Origin: Zootoca vivipara
Taxonomy: Eukaryota
Assembly: GCF_963506605.1 (NCBI RefSeq)
Contig: NC_083285.1
Location: 30,132,001-30,196,000 of the forward strand
Reading direction: 5' to 3'
Length of the DNA stretch: 64,000 bases
Position numbers and translations under genes: made by a program. Positions 40,901 to 53,900 of this stretch are shown here, piece after piece (positions within the stretch are counted from its first letter, which is position 1; every line of letters begins with the position of its first letter). The notes beneath the pieces were generated by a model. It saw only the letters and a program-made list of their open reading frames with translations, was not told where the DNA came from and searched no databases.

Positions 40901-43297
40901 GTGCCAACATGCACCACACACCCCTTTCCAGCACTATCTATCAGGATATCTAAATGATGCTTGTCACCCACAACCTTTCCACCATTGTTTACAGGTGTAC
41001 ATGTCTTGCTATTATTTATTGCTACTGTTGATTTCTGTAACACACAAAAGTACAAGTTTGAGACATGTCTGTGCGTCTAGACATTTACAGCATTGAACAT
41101 GCGTCATTTGTATCTGATCAAATGAAAGAATCGATCCCTTACAGCAGTTTCCTTCAGATTATTTCGGAAAGCTTTAACCTTTGTTCAAGCACAGGTGTTT
41201 CTACTACAGCTGGCTGACCCTTGCAAGAGTGTTCAAGTGAATAGTGTGAACTGTGATAAGGTAACTTAAATAACTTCACAATGTAAGACCACTCATTTGA
41301 GCATTGTTACCAGGGTGACTTGGACCACTTCAGTATCCTCTGTATGAGACCCAAATTTTAGTGAACAAAGGCAATGGTGTGTCTGAACTAGGCATAATAC
41401 AGTACCTAAATATATTTGGCAGCTCTATTCTGTGTAAGTCATTTTTTATATCCATTCCTTCACATTCTAAGACTTGTCAACTCTTCCAGCTCAATATACT
41501 CCACTGTGATATTTGGTCTTGTGTGTGGATGCCTTTATACCTAGGACTGCATTCCCTCTCAGACAATTTTACGGGAACTGCATGACAGTGACGGGTAGGG
41601 CCAGAGACAAAAAATAGGAAGAATAAGAATAGTGGACAAACACCCGTCACCATCACCATAAGTAAGAGGCATGATCACAGTTCAAGGGCTCAGTACAGCC
41701 AGAAAAAACGTTCAAGAGTGCAGAGTAGGGCTGATGAGGCCCTTGGAGAATTTCAAGGACCAAATGAGAGAGACCTGGAAGGCTGCATTTGGCCCCCAGA
41801 CCTAGACAACTTATTCATTACATCTAAAATCTTTAATTATATGACCAGTAGCTTGCATTTTAATTTTCAGTTTAGCTTTGTGTACTGAATACATAATGTT
41901 ATATAATATTTTGTTCTGTAGGGGCAATTACCGGGGAGTTCGTCCTTATAAAAAAGGAACTTCATGTAGCAAGTGCCCAGAAGGAGACACTTGTCAAAAT
42001 CAACTCTGTAGTAAGTATGATGATAAACTATCATACTGTATTTTAAAAAATGTATTTAGTTAGATAATTTCTATATTGCTTAACACTTCTGAGAAAAAAA
42101 TAAATGATTTGCAGCGTACCATTAAAAACTACAAATACATTATTACAAAATATCAGAACATTTCAAATGGAAAGATGCTATAAATAGCTACATTTAAAGT
42201 TGGATAGTTATGATTATTATGATTATTATATGCCATTTATGAGACTGGGTTGCTCCAGGCAGCTCCCAACAGAATATTAAAAACATGATAAAACATCAAA
42301 CATTAAAAACGTCCCTAAACAGGGCTGCCTTTAGATGTCTTCTAAAAGTCAAATGGTTGTTTATTTCCTTGACATCTGATTAAAGGGCATTCCACAGGGT
42401 GAGTGCGACTACTGCACATAAACATAAAAAATTACAATAAAAATCAGATACTGTACAAAAATATAATTTTTAATCATTAGTGGCTAAACAAGATAGAGAT
42501 TTTCCACTGAGGTGGAAGTTGTACTCACAGTAATTTGAAACACATTCCTAACACTTTCCCATAGAAGCATTCCCACCAACCATGTCCATAACACATTTAT
42601 TCCTCAAGCAAGCATATAACACCACAAAGCGAATGTTTGGTCTGCAGAGAATCTCTGGCATTATAATTTACAATTAACTAATGCAGCATAACCACCCACT
42701 TCCTGTGTCCCACGCAGGTAGATACTAATTCTGCTTCTTATACTGAGTAAAATAACTTTATAACACATGAAAATCCCAGAATCTCTCTGGCTAGCATGAT
42801 CCCAGTTTCTCCCTAATATTGCATCATTTGTTTTCCAGGGAGTATTCAATAATACAAACTGCCTTTTCCCTCACGGCACCCCAAAAGGCTGGCTTAGTGG
42901 CAAAATAAAATAAAATAAATAAAAGAAATATACACATGTAAAATATTTTCCAATCTCTGAAGCACTAATCGGCTCATCCTCCGCACCCTGTCCTGAGCAC
43001 ACGCGGCCCAAGGTGGATGGATGGCCAGTAGTTTAAATATTTATGGACAAAGCCTGAACTTACAGCTCCTGGTGCGTCCTGTCCTTCCTCCAGCTCTGGC
43101 TCCTACCCTGCATCTTGCACCTCCTCCCTGGCCTTACTGCTCAGAACCTATAAAACCCCATAAATAGCTACCTCTTTTCCCTGGATCAGTCTCTTGCCCC
43201 ACCAAAGGGAAGTTTTTAATGGTTGATGTTTCATTATGTTTTTTATATTTTGTTGGGAGCTGCCCAGAGTGCTTGGGGCAACCCAGTCAGATGGGCA

Positions 43298-43351
<54 letters not shown>

Positions 43352-44445
43352 CTCTTCCACCCCCTCCTCAGAGCCGCCAGTCCTTTACACACCCGCTGTA
43401 CTATTTAATACTCCTTTCCCATCTCTCACCTGAGAGAGGCCCAGCTCTATAAAGGCTCCCACCCTGCGTTGTGAAAAACTACTTCCAGTTACTCACTCCC
43501 ATGTGAGGAAACATGGCACTACACTCTGCGGTGTCCAAATTTTCCTTTCCCCAGATGGTACAGGACTCCGGGGGGGGGGGTCCTGGCTGGGTGCCATCAC
43601 ACTTCTCATATACAAATTTAGATAGGTGTGGGTGTGGCATAGTAGTCTAATCTGAATGGGAGGGAAGTGGATTGACAGCTAAAGAATGTTTGCATGTGGA
43701 CAAGCCCACCCAGTGAGCAAAACTGGGTCCTCTGCCTGCAATAGAAGTTCTGATAACCGGTAGCAGAGAATATATGCTGCCGACACCAGGGGAGTAGCGT
43801 TGTACAGGCAGTGACCATTTTGTGCATGTTTGCTTGATGCACAATAGCCAACACGTATGTCGTTTTCAGCCCCGGAATATGGCAGGGGAAGAATGCAACC
43901 CCCTGCACAAACAGGGAGTTGTCTGAACTTTACGTAGTCTTTGGCTATGAACATTAGTTATTTATGGTCTACTTAAAGCCTATGAGGTAGGGGGCAATGA
44001 GCGGGTGTGCGGGTGTGATCTATATATCAAATAAATTTGTGTACATTTTTGAATGCTGAAAATGAAATTCAATGGAAATACTCTTCCATTCCCTGTTATA
44101 TGACCCAAGGTAAAATAGTAACACTTTTAAAGCTTTCTTTTGCTTGTTATATGTATTTTCTCTCTTTTCCAGGAAATTCTGAACGCGATAAAGAAAGGAA
44201 TGAGAGTATGTATTACATTTTTATTTTGTTGTTTAAATTTAGAGCAAAATTCACATTCAGTAAAAATTACCTTCTTTTTTTAAAATATAGATTATAAACG
44301 ATGGAATCCACCCTATGAATTCCACATTACATGTGATGAATCCTGTGTTGCTGTTGCGGTATTAAGGCCATTATTAATGTTTGTAGCATTTGCAGCTGTT
44401 TACTACTTAAAATTACGTTATCCAGGTTTAAATTTAAAACATTAA
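37599..44445 (+). CDS. GLIPR1-like CAP domain protein, copy B, 271 aa
   Basis: Exons 37599-37784, 38520-38765, 40128-40234, 41922-42010, 44173-44205, 44291-44445 (816 nt, open). Signal peptide, GENIW, CGHYTQVVWA, FVCNYAPTGN, Cys hinge, C-terminal TM; AATAAA at 44723. Confidence 0.92.
38827..38962. mobile_element. 136-bp hAT-type MITE (same family as 16630-16765)
   Basis: TSD CTCTGGGT at 38819-38826 and 38963-38970. Confidence 0.9.
43299..43350. repeat. (AAT)n microsatellite (retroelement tail)
   Basis: Direct reading. Confidence 0.95.
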
Positions 44446-45835
44446 TCTTCAATATGCACATAAGACACACAACGATTTTCTTTGAGTATGTTATATAGCT
44501 AACAGAGGGCACTAACACAAATGCTAATATTTTCTTGTGTTTTATACTGTAAAACTAAATTTGGCTTGCTTTATTGCGTCATATCATATTTTGTTCTTTT
44601 TTTCAAAATTGTAAAAAGTTCTGTTTCATATTGATTCATTGTGAAGATTTTTTAAATCTGTAAGATAATTAATATAAAATAAAATATATGGTCATATCTT
44701 GTATGTTAAATATCATGTAAAAAATAAAGATCAAGCATATTAAAATAAGCTTAATTATTTGACATGATTAAGCTATACACAAGTCTTTTTTCTCCTTCCA
44801 AAATTATGAACTGACAATTTTTAGTGTTCTACTTTAGTTTTATACCTGCTTTTATAAATTTAATATGATTTTTTAAAAATGCTGTAGAATAGAAGCTGGA
44901 GACAGTTATTATTGCTAAGTAGCTGAGTCCTGTGATTGTTAGCTAGCCAAGTTTCGTTTCTGCTAAAATAAGTTAATGATAGAATTACACAATGGTGCAA
45001 AGATAAAGTTTGTTTGGTTTTTAAGCTATTAATGCTTTTTAAGAAGTGTTTTTAATATTGAAGAGATTTATACCAAAAAGAAAAATTAAGTGGTTCTAAA
45101 AATGAAATATGAAACTTTCACAATAAGGCTTACATGGTTCCATGGATCTCTTGACTTTAGTATTATGATTCTGCATCCAGACTGCTGGCTGTCTTAGGTT
45201 GTAATCCTTAAATTCTTTTTATGAGAAGAGCAATACTTTTTAGGTCAGTGGAACTAAGTATATACCGTAGTAGTTTCAGAAGTGCATGTATCTTTTGAAA
45301 GAGCTATACAAAATCGGGCCTGTATAAAAAGTGAAGTGAAAGCTTGAAAGATCTTTGAACTGTTCCATGTTGTCCTCCCTGGTGGAGAAAACAGTTCGCC
45401 AACAGGTACTGAACAAGTGGATGGATGCTCAGACTCTAGGGACTGAATAAGCAGCTTTAAAAAGAAGGCTGTGCACATAAATTTGCAGAAAGTTTTCCAC
45501 ATGGGAATGTGCATGAGGTTCTCTGTGTGATGCTGTTTACTAGATGTGGTCTTTCCCTCCCATCTAGTAGGATTTTGAAAATCTGGTATAGCTGATCCAC
45601 CTATGGGAATTTGTTTCTACTGTGTTGATTTTGTTCTTTGAATCAAGGCAGTATGCTATTTATGAAAGCAGTATACTGTACAGTATTAAATAATGGAATA
45701 TACCGGTAACTAGGTTTTAGAAGTCTGTTTCATCCATCTTGAATTAAAACAATCTACATTTCAATTGCAAATCAGAAAGAGTAAATATGAAAATGCAAGT
45801 TGCTATAGTTTTTGTAAAACCATAGGCTTTTGGGT

Positions 45836-46148
45836 TGGGAGACTAATTTTGGCCATCTCACCCCTTGCTTTTTTCCTGTAAGACCAACTGCAGTCGTCAA
45901 CAGGTTTACCACACCTATCAGCCAATCACCCATTCCCACCACCCTTCTGAGTAATACCCCTCCCCACCCTCTCACTATATGTAAGGGTCTGGTGACTTCT
46001 GTTTCAGTGTATCTGAAGAAGTGTGCATGCACACGGAAGCTCATACCAATGACAAACTTAGTTGGTCTCTAAGGTTCTACTGGAAGGAATTTTTCTATTT
46101 TATTTTTATTTTGTTTCGACGGCAGACCAACATGGCTACCTACCTGTA
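45836..46148 (+). mobile_element. Penelope-like element terminal fragment with hammerhead motif (GAAA mutated to GGAA)
   Basis: Reverse-orientation homologue of 8044-8275; GTAT-CTGAAGA-AGTGTGCATGCACAC-GGAA-GCTC-ATAC at 46008-46047. Confidence 0.75.
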
Positions 46149-46587
46149 ATTAAACCTTTTTGTAAGCAATATTCTATTATTTTCAATAACACAAAAGGAA
46201 TTTACAAAGATTACTACTAAGTAAAATTATTTGAGCACTGTGAAATCAAATATAAGTGGTTTAAATTCAGTTTGGGTACACTGGGATTTGTTATGAATAG
46301 TTGCAGGGGGTTGGGTTTGCATCGACTGCTCTGTGACACAGATGCCCTGCTTCACCCTTTGCCCTTTATTCACAGAAGAATACGTACTATGGTACATACA
46401 GATCACACAGGTGCCACCTTCGCTGGGATCATACCAGTGCCGGATTTACGTATGAGCTAAACAAGCTATAGCTTAGGGCCCCACTCTCTTGGGGGCCCCC
46501 CAAAAAATTTAAAGGGAAAAAAGTGGGTGTACATTTCCAAAATATAAGATAAAAAACAAATAAAATAAAACCTACATACAGCTAGAG

Positions 46588-46723
46588 CAGGCATCCCCAA
46601 ACTTCAGCCCTCCAGATGTTTTGGACTACAATTCCCATCATCCCTGACCACTGGTCCTGTTAGCTAGGGATCATGGGAGTTGTAGGCCAAAACATCTGGA
46701 GGGCCACAGTTTGGGGATGCCTG
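46588..46723. mobile_element. 136-bp hAT-type MITE (same family), nested in another DNA element (about 46434-46870)
   Basis: TSD AGCTAGAG at 46580-46587 and 46724-46731. Confidence 0.9.
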
Positions 46724-47379
46724 AGCTAGAGCTTAATAATTATTTCAGTATTAATATACTTCTTAATTGTATTTCACTATAAATATATACATCTTCTTAA
46801 TTGTATTTCAGTTCAACATTTACTTTGATAAAATACATACTTTGTTATGTGCAAATGGCTTTAGATACCCGGGTAGGGGTGACGGGTGCCATCACGCGGG
46901 AGGAAGATGACGCCACGCAGCGGGAGAGAGGGGTGTCGTGACGGTGAGGAACGGGGGCGCTGAGTAGCCTTGGGGAGGTTGAATGGGACAGCGGGGTGGG
47001 GGATTTAACAGAACACGCGTGGGCAAGTCTCTTTTGGGGGGGGGGATGATTGCTTTCTCTTTTTGAGCCACAGCAACGGTTGGCCGGGAGCGGGAACAAC
47101 TAATAATAAATATTAACAGCAGCACTCAGAGATGTCCAACTGCGCTTTTCCCAACGGTAAGGGTTTTATAAAAAAATAAAAATGCTCATCGCAGGACCCC
47201 GCTTCTCCTCAGACTGGTTGCCAAAGTTACTGGGAACCAAGCGGAACTCCTCCCCTAACCAAAGTTAGATGTCTCTACACCCAAACGGGCATTGCAGGGG
47301 GTTGGACTAGATGACCCCTAGGGGTACCTTCCACTTCCAACTCTACAATCCTACGATTCTATGACATCATCATCGCCTC

Positions 47380-47900
47380 CTTCCTGTGTTTCCCGGACGC
47401 TTCCTAGTGGGGCTGCCCCAACTTGTGGCGCTGATGCAAGTCGGCTCGCGCTGGATTTGGCAGGGATACATACAGTAACGGACGTAGAACATGCGGGGGG
47501 GGGGGTTCGGAGGAGGAACCGTGTGAGCCACGCGCGCACTAAACGTGGCGCGAGAACGTTTAACCATCCACGCTCCAGACCGTCCCCTGCAGTTAGACCG
47601 TTAAAGCGCAGCTATGCTCGCTGCGCGCGCCGCCGCCCGACGCGCGCTTTTCCCCCGTCGGGGCGCCATAAGCCATGGGGCTGCTGAGGTGGCTGCGGGT
47701 GGCGCTGGCGCTCGTCGCCTTGGAGTTCGCGAGCGTGCGCAGCTTCCCCGACATCAACAACAGGACCTTCATCAATCAGTACCTCGACACCCACAACAAC
47801 TACCGCAGCGGAGTCAATCCCCCCGCTTCCAACATGCTGTACATGGTGTGTGTCCACGGGGTGGAAGGAGGAAAGGGAGTCGAGGGCGGGGAGTGTGTGG
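47380..47900 (+). promoter_or_regulatory. CpG island over the promoter and exon 1 of GLIPR1-like copy C
   Basis: CpG-dense block surrounding ATG 47675. Confidence 0.6.
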
Positions 47901-50900
47901 GGAGAAGCTGCCCCTGTCAACCGGCTGCCTTACCCTGGCTGCCTCAGGCAGCCGGTGTTGGCTGCTGTGGAGATGCTGGGAGAAGGCTTAGCCAAGGGAG
48001 GCAAGGGGCAGCTGCCCCCCTAAATCAAGTAAATCAATAATAGTTGTCTTTCTAGCTGACGTTCTGCCCCTCCCCAATACTACTACTAGTCTACTACTAC
48101 AGTATTATAGTAGTTTATATACTGCCCTACACTTGGAGGTCTCAGGACTGTTCACAGAAAAAAATCGCAACATAATAGAATAAAAACAGCAACCCAATAT
48201 CACCCAGCCCCAGAAAAGAGCCATATTTTAAAAGGGTATATGAAACCTGCCTCCCCCCAAAACATAAATCCTGGCTACACCCATGGGAGAAGTCTGGTGA
48301 ATTGCTGAGGTTTTTTTTTTTTTTTTTGCCACAGATTACAGAATAACAGACCAGCCTTTGTTTACTACATACAGTACCTTGATGCGTTGTTGTCAGCAGT
48401 GACGACAATCTTTTCTCTTTTTTAGGGTTTTCTGTCCATTTAGAATTACACTTCGTGTCTTGCTTCTGAACCGTAGACATAATTTTTACTTAGTCGAATG
48501 AGGAAAACTTGTTGGCTCTTAAAAGACCTAGCAGTTACATTTACTGCTGCTAAGTGTGTAATGCTTTATTTAAAATAATACTTAAGTATAGAAGTACCAG
48601 GGCTCAGGCCCCGATTCTCTATGAGGTGGGTCATGGCATGTCTTCCTTAAATAAATAAATATTGCCTTCAGGTTCCTGGGTGATGATTACATTTTCCAGG
48701 GTTTAACTGATTCCAGAAATCAATCCCTGCATAAATTGAACCCTAACTAGTGTGGCTGTTTTAGGTTGAGCCAAGACTGACTATCACCTGTCCTGCATCC
48801 AAGTTAGCTTTTTACCCACAGGGGGTTTACCCACAGAGACCAAGAAAAATAGGTTGCTTACTTGTAACTGATTAAGTCATCTTGTTAGTATTTCAAAGAA
48901 TTGTTTATGTAACAAAAAGAGTGGCGATCAGAGTAAAAAACAAATCCATCCTTTTTATAATTCTTTAATAGGATGTTATGATTTTTACTATAACTGCAAC
49001 CCTCTTTTTTGTTGCACCAAATATGAGTATAGTTCTAGATGCTTTTCTTTGCCTTTCTTTAAATGCCTTTCTTTCAAACAATATATATGCTTTTTCTTAT
49101 TCCAGTAACTTTACATATTTTTCCTTTTGTAAAGAAAGTCTAGAGACTGTTCATTAAGTGGGATATAAAATCAATTCATTATTTTATTGTTTCAAAACGA
49201 CCAAAACAAAACAAAACAAAAAGTCTGAATCACTTCTACCTTTGGGAGTATTTGTTTAAAGTGTTGATTATCCAAGGCAGCCACTTGTTTTGCATCTCTT
49301 GATTGTTTTTATTCATTATTAATACAGATTTTTAATTTGAATGACACACTCCAATTGTAGAAGATCCCATATTTGCAGTTTCTCTAGTAAGAACCGAAAA
49401 TCAATTTTCTTGATAGTATTTCTGAACATAAAGACTAAGATTTCTGTAGTTTCAACAATCCGTTTCTTTTTGGCCACACATTCCTCTAAATAACAGCATG
49501 AAAGTAATAAAAATGTATTTTAATTCATTCAGTTTCTTTGACATTTTAGTTCCTATACAATTTGTGGTCCCCACAATCAAGAAAAGCAATAAAATACTTA
49601 ACTGAGGCTCTGCCCCCCAACATGAAGCCTGATACAACATGTTGTTGTTGTTTAGTCGTTTAGTCGTGTCCGACTCTTCGTGACCCCATGGACCATAGCA
49701 CGCCAGGCACTCCTGTCTTGCACTGCCTCCCGCAGTTTGGTCAAACTCATGTTCGTAGCTTCGAGAACAAACATGAGTTTGACCAAACTGCGGGAGGCAG
49801 TGCAAGACAGGAGTGCCTGGCGTGCTATGGTCCATGGGGTCACGAAGAGTCGGACACGACTAAACGACTAAACAACAACAACATGTTGTATCAGGCTTCA
49901 TGTTGGGGGGCAGAGCCTGATACAACATAAATTCTGCTTATGCCCATGCCTGTGGGTAGATTCCCTTGAACTCAATGGGGCTTTCTTCTGAGTAGACATG
50001 TATAGAATTTCATCATTCGACAGCTTGATGCAAGTAAATATTTCCGAAGAAATACTTGCTAGAACTCAAGATGTATTATCAGCATGTTTACTATACATGT
50101 ATAATGTTGTGATTAAAAACTCACAATTTTTTTATATTTTGCAGACATTTGATCTAGCTTTGGCTAGAATAGCTAGAGCATGGGCACAAAAATGCGTTGT
50201 TATGCATAACCCATCTGATATGGTCCACCCTGATCCTAAATTTAGGCCTGTTGGAGAAAATATATGGGTTGTAACTGGCTATAAACACCCATTTGATCCT
50301 GCTGGCCCCATTGCAGCTTTTTATAACGAAGTAAAACACTACACCTACAAAACCAACGAATGTACACGTGTTTGTGGTCATTATACTCAGGTAAGTTATT
50401 CTCTTCTCTGCTTAGTCCACAGAATTTGAAGGAAACTGCAATAACTTCAATTATTTCAGTCAATAAAAATATGAAGTAAATATTGTAGTTGCTCATAAAC
50501 TGATAATCTGCATTCTATTATTATCAAGTATACTTAGTTATAAAGTATATGGAGTGCTTACAATTAATTTAGAGGCAATTGACAAAATAAACCTCCACTT
50601 TATTTCAGTTCCAATATTAAGTTAACATGTATTGCTGATGGTTGTTGTTGTTGTTTAGTCGTGTCCGACTCTTCGTGACCCCATGGACCATAGCCTGCTA
50701 GGCACTCCTGTCTTCCACTGCCTCCCGCAGTTTAAGATTCGTAAAAACAGCTACTAGCACTTACCTGGCCAGCACTAACTGTTACAGGGCATATACATAA
50801 CAGCAGAGTTCTTACTATGAAAAAGAAGGACAGCCTGCCTTTGGGCAGCCTTTCCTTCTGTTAACCTCCTGTCCTCAGAATGGGAGAGAGAAACACACTA

Positions 50901-53900
50901 AATAATGACTCCAAATGGAACTTTGATGTAGATAGCACTCGGATGTATCTATAAAAACAAGCTGGTTTGAATCATCAAAGGTTTTAATGTGAGCAAAGGA
51001 GACTATGCCCTTTTTTCTGCTCCACCTAGTCTGTTTTATTTAGGTTACAGGTAGGTAGCCGTGTTGGTCTGGGTCGAAGTAAAATAAAAAAATTCCTTCA
51101 GTAGCACCTTAAAGACCAACTAAGTTTTTATTTTGGTATGAGCTTTTGTGTGCATGCACACTTCTTCAGATAGCATGCACACGAAAGCTCATACCAAAAT
51201 AAAAACTTAGTTGGTCTTTAAGGTGCTACTGAAGGAATTTTTTTTGTTTTATTTAGGAAACACTTTTCTAGCAAGAAGAAAAATATGTGGCCAGAAAGGC
51301 CAAGTTTACTTGATGCAAGATCCATGCTATTGTAGGTCATAGTTAAAAGCTAGTGCATGGACCGGTTGAGATTTTGGTATCCTGTAATTTTTTCAGACAC
51401 TTGTCCATCTTTATAACACATTGAGTTTTGTTTGTAGCCTACTTCTGTTTAGTTTTAATTATCTACAATAAGACTTAAATATGGGACAAAAAGTTGGGAT
51501 ACTTGTGGGGGAGAATCTGGTGTTTTTCCATCTTTTTTTGTTATTTGTGGGGGCTGGCATGTATTTTATTGTGGAAAAATTTAATATACACACATGCATA
51601 TACAGTGATACCTTGGTTTACAACCACAATCCGTTCCGGAGGTCTGGTTGTAAACCAAATCAGGTTGTAACCCAAGGCGCACTTTCACCAAAGGGGCCTC
51701 CCAAGAAAAATTGGTTGTAATTGAAAAAAAGGGACACGCACTTCCGGGTTAGACGTGGTTGTAATCTGAAACGGTTGTAATCCAAAGCAGTTGCAAACCA
51801 AGGTACCACTGTATATAACATGCATCACCTTGTCCCCGTGATTGAGGGACCCCGGGGCAGTGTGTCATCAGTGTGGGGTGTGCCCTGCGGTGTGTGCGCA
51901 TGACATCAGTGTGCCCCGTGGCATGCTAACATGCCGCAGGGCATGCTGTTGCACATACCACAGTGCATGCTGACCACGTCGTTTGGAAGCCATGCAGCGT
52001 GCGCTTGCCGCCGCTATAAAGTTGGGGGGGCATGGCCCCCTGATTTGGAATATATGAATGACTTAAAATACTTGTAGTTATCAGCAGAATGCTAGCTCTG
52101 TGTTCACAAATTGAATCACCATGAATTTATACATTTTCCTGACAGGAAAAATAATCAGTGAAGCTTGAAATCAGACATCTAAGACAGATCATTCATCAGC
52201 CAGGATTAGCAAAAAATACTATTCCATTTACATGGTTCAATGGTAGAGCACTTGCTTTGCATGCAGAAGGTCTCAGGTTCAGTCCCCAGCATCTCCAGGT
52301 AGTGCTGGGAGATGCCTTTCTGAAAACTTTAGGAGTACAGAATAGGATACTAGAATATTAATCTAAGGTATAAATGCGCCTTTAGCTAAATGCCGATAAA
52401 AGTGGAAGGAGGGAGAGCGAAATCTGGAGGAAAAAGTGAATGTAAAAAATGATACTAATGAACAAAGCTTGGACTTTATATTGTATAATCAAACATGTTT
52501 TTTTCAGGTTGTTTGGGCTAATACTTATAAGATTGGCTGTGCTATTGTTCACTGTCCTGCGTCAACTAATAGCAAAGGAGCCAAGACCAAGAATTTTTCA
52601 TATTTTGTGTGCAATTATGCTCCACCGTAAGTTAACTAATCTTAAAGTGATCTAAACTTGTGTTACACTTAGTAATTATAAAATACCAAACTGTATGCCT
52701 GTTTGAAACTGAATGTATTAATTTTGGATTTTGTAAGCTGATTTACTTTTCAATTATTTTTTAATTATGAATTAAAAGATGTATGGAGACTCAGAAACTC
52801 GATGGAAAGGAAATATTCTTATTCCGGAGCCAAAAAATTGGCTTCTAGAATAGATATAATTTGGTTATCGACGGGATTAGCAAAATATATTAAAAAATGT
52901 GAGATTATGCCAAAATCCATAACAGATCACAACCCAATCATGATAAAACTTAAGGAGAAAGACAACAGTGTTAAGAGATGGCGTATGGATGATAGGGTAT
53001 TAGATGATGAAACATTATTAAATAAAATGAAAGAGTTTGTAAAGGAATTTTTCCAAATCAATATATCACATGAGGTAGAATTAACAACAGTCTGGGATGC
53101 TAGTAAAGCCTTTATGAGAGGATTGTATATACAACAAAAGAGTAAATATAAAAAAGAAAAAACAGAGAAATTAGAGAGAATAAAAAGAGAGATAGAATTA
53201 AAGGAGATAGATCTGGGGGGAAATCCCAAAGATAATAAATCAATAACACAAATAAGAATGCTACAGAATAAATTGAAACAATTAATGAATGAAGAAATGG
53301 AAAACAGGATTAAGTGGGCTAAATAAAGAACATTCGAGCTTGGAAATAGGTCAGGGAAGTTATTGGCTTGACAGATGAGGAAAAAACAAAGTGAAAGGTT
53401 AATCACGTCAATAAAGGAAGGGGAAAGGAGATAGACCAACCCAAACGAAATACAGAAATGGTTTGTAAAATATAGGAAGTTATATAAAGGCGAGGATATT
53501 TATAAAAACAAACTGGAAGAATATCTGGATAGCTTTAAGGGAGTTCCCATCAACCCCGATGAGAATGAAATATTAAACCAGTATCAAGGCAAGAAATAAA
53601 GGATGCTATAGCCAAAGTTAAATTAGGAAAATCACCTGGAACGGATGGCCTCTCTGGGAAGCATAAAATATTTAAGAGTGAATTGGCAGAGGTGTATGGA
53701 AAATTAGTTAATGAGATTTTAGAAAGAGGAGTAATACCTAAGACGTGGCAAAATACATATATAATCCTGATACCAAAAGAAAAAGGAGGCACAGAAGAGG
53801 TGGGGAATTATAGGCCAATTTCACTACTGAATATTGATTACAAATTATTTGCTGGAATATTGGCTAATAGAATTAAAGAGGTGTTAAACAAAGTCATAGG

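Noticed and set aside
52222-52292. tRNA-Ala gene
   Set aside because: Degenerate stems and a SINE-like continuation; treated as a tRNA-derived SINE.
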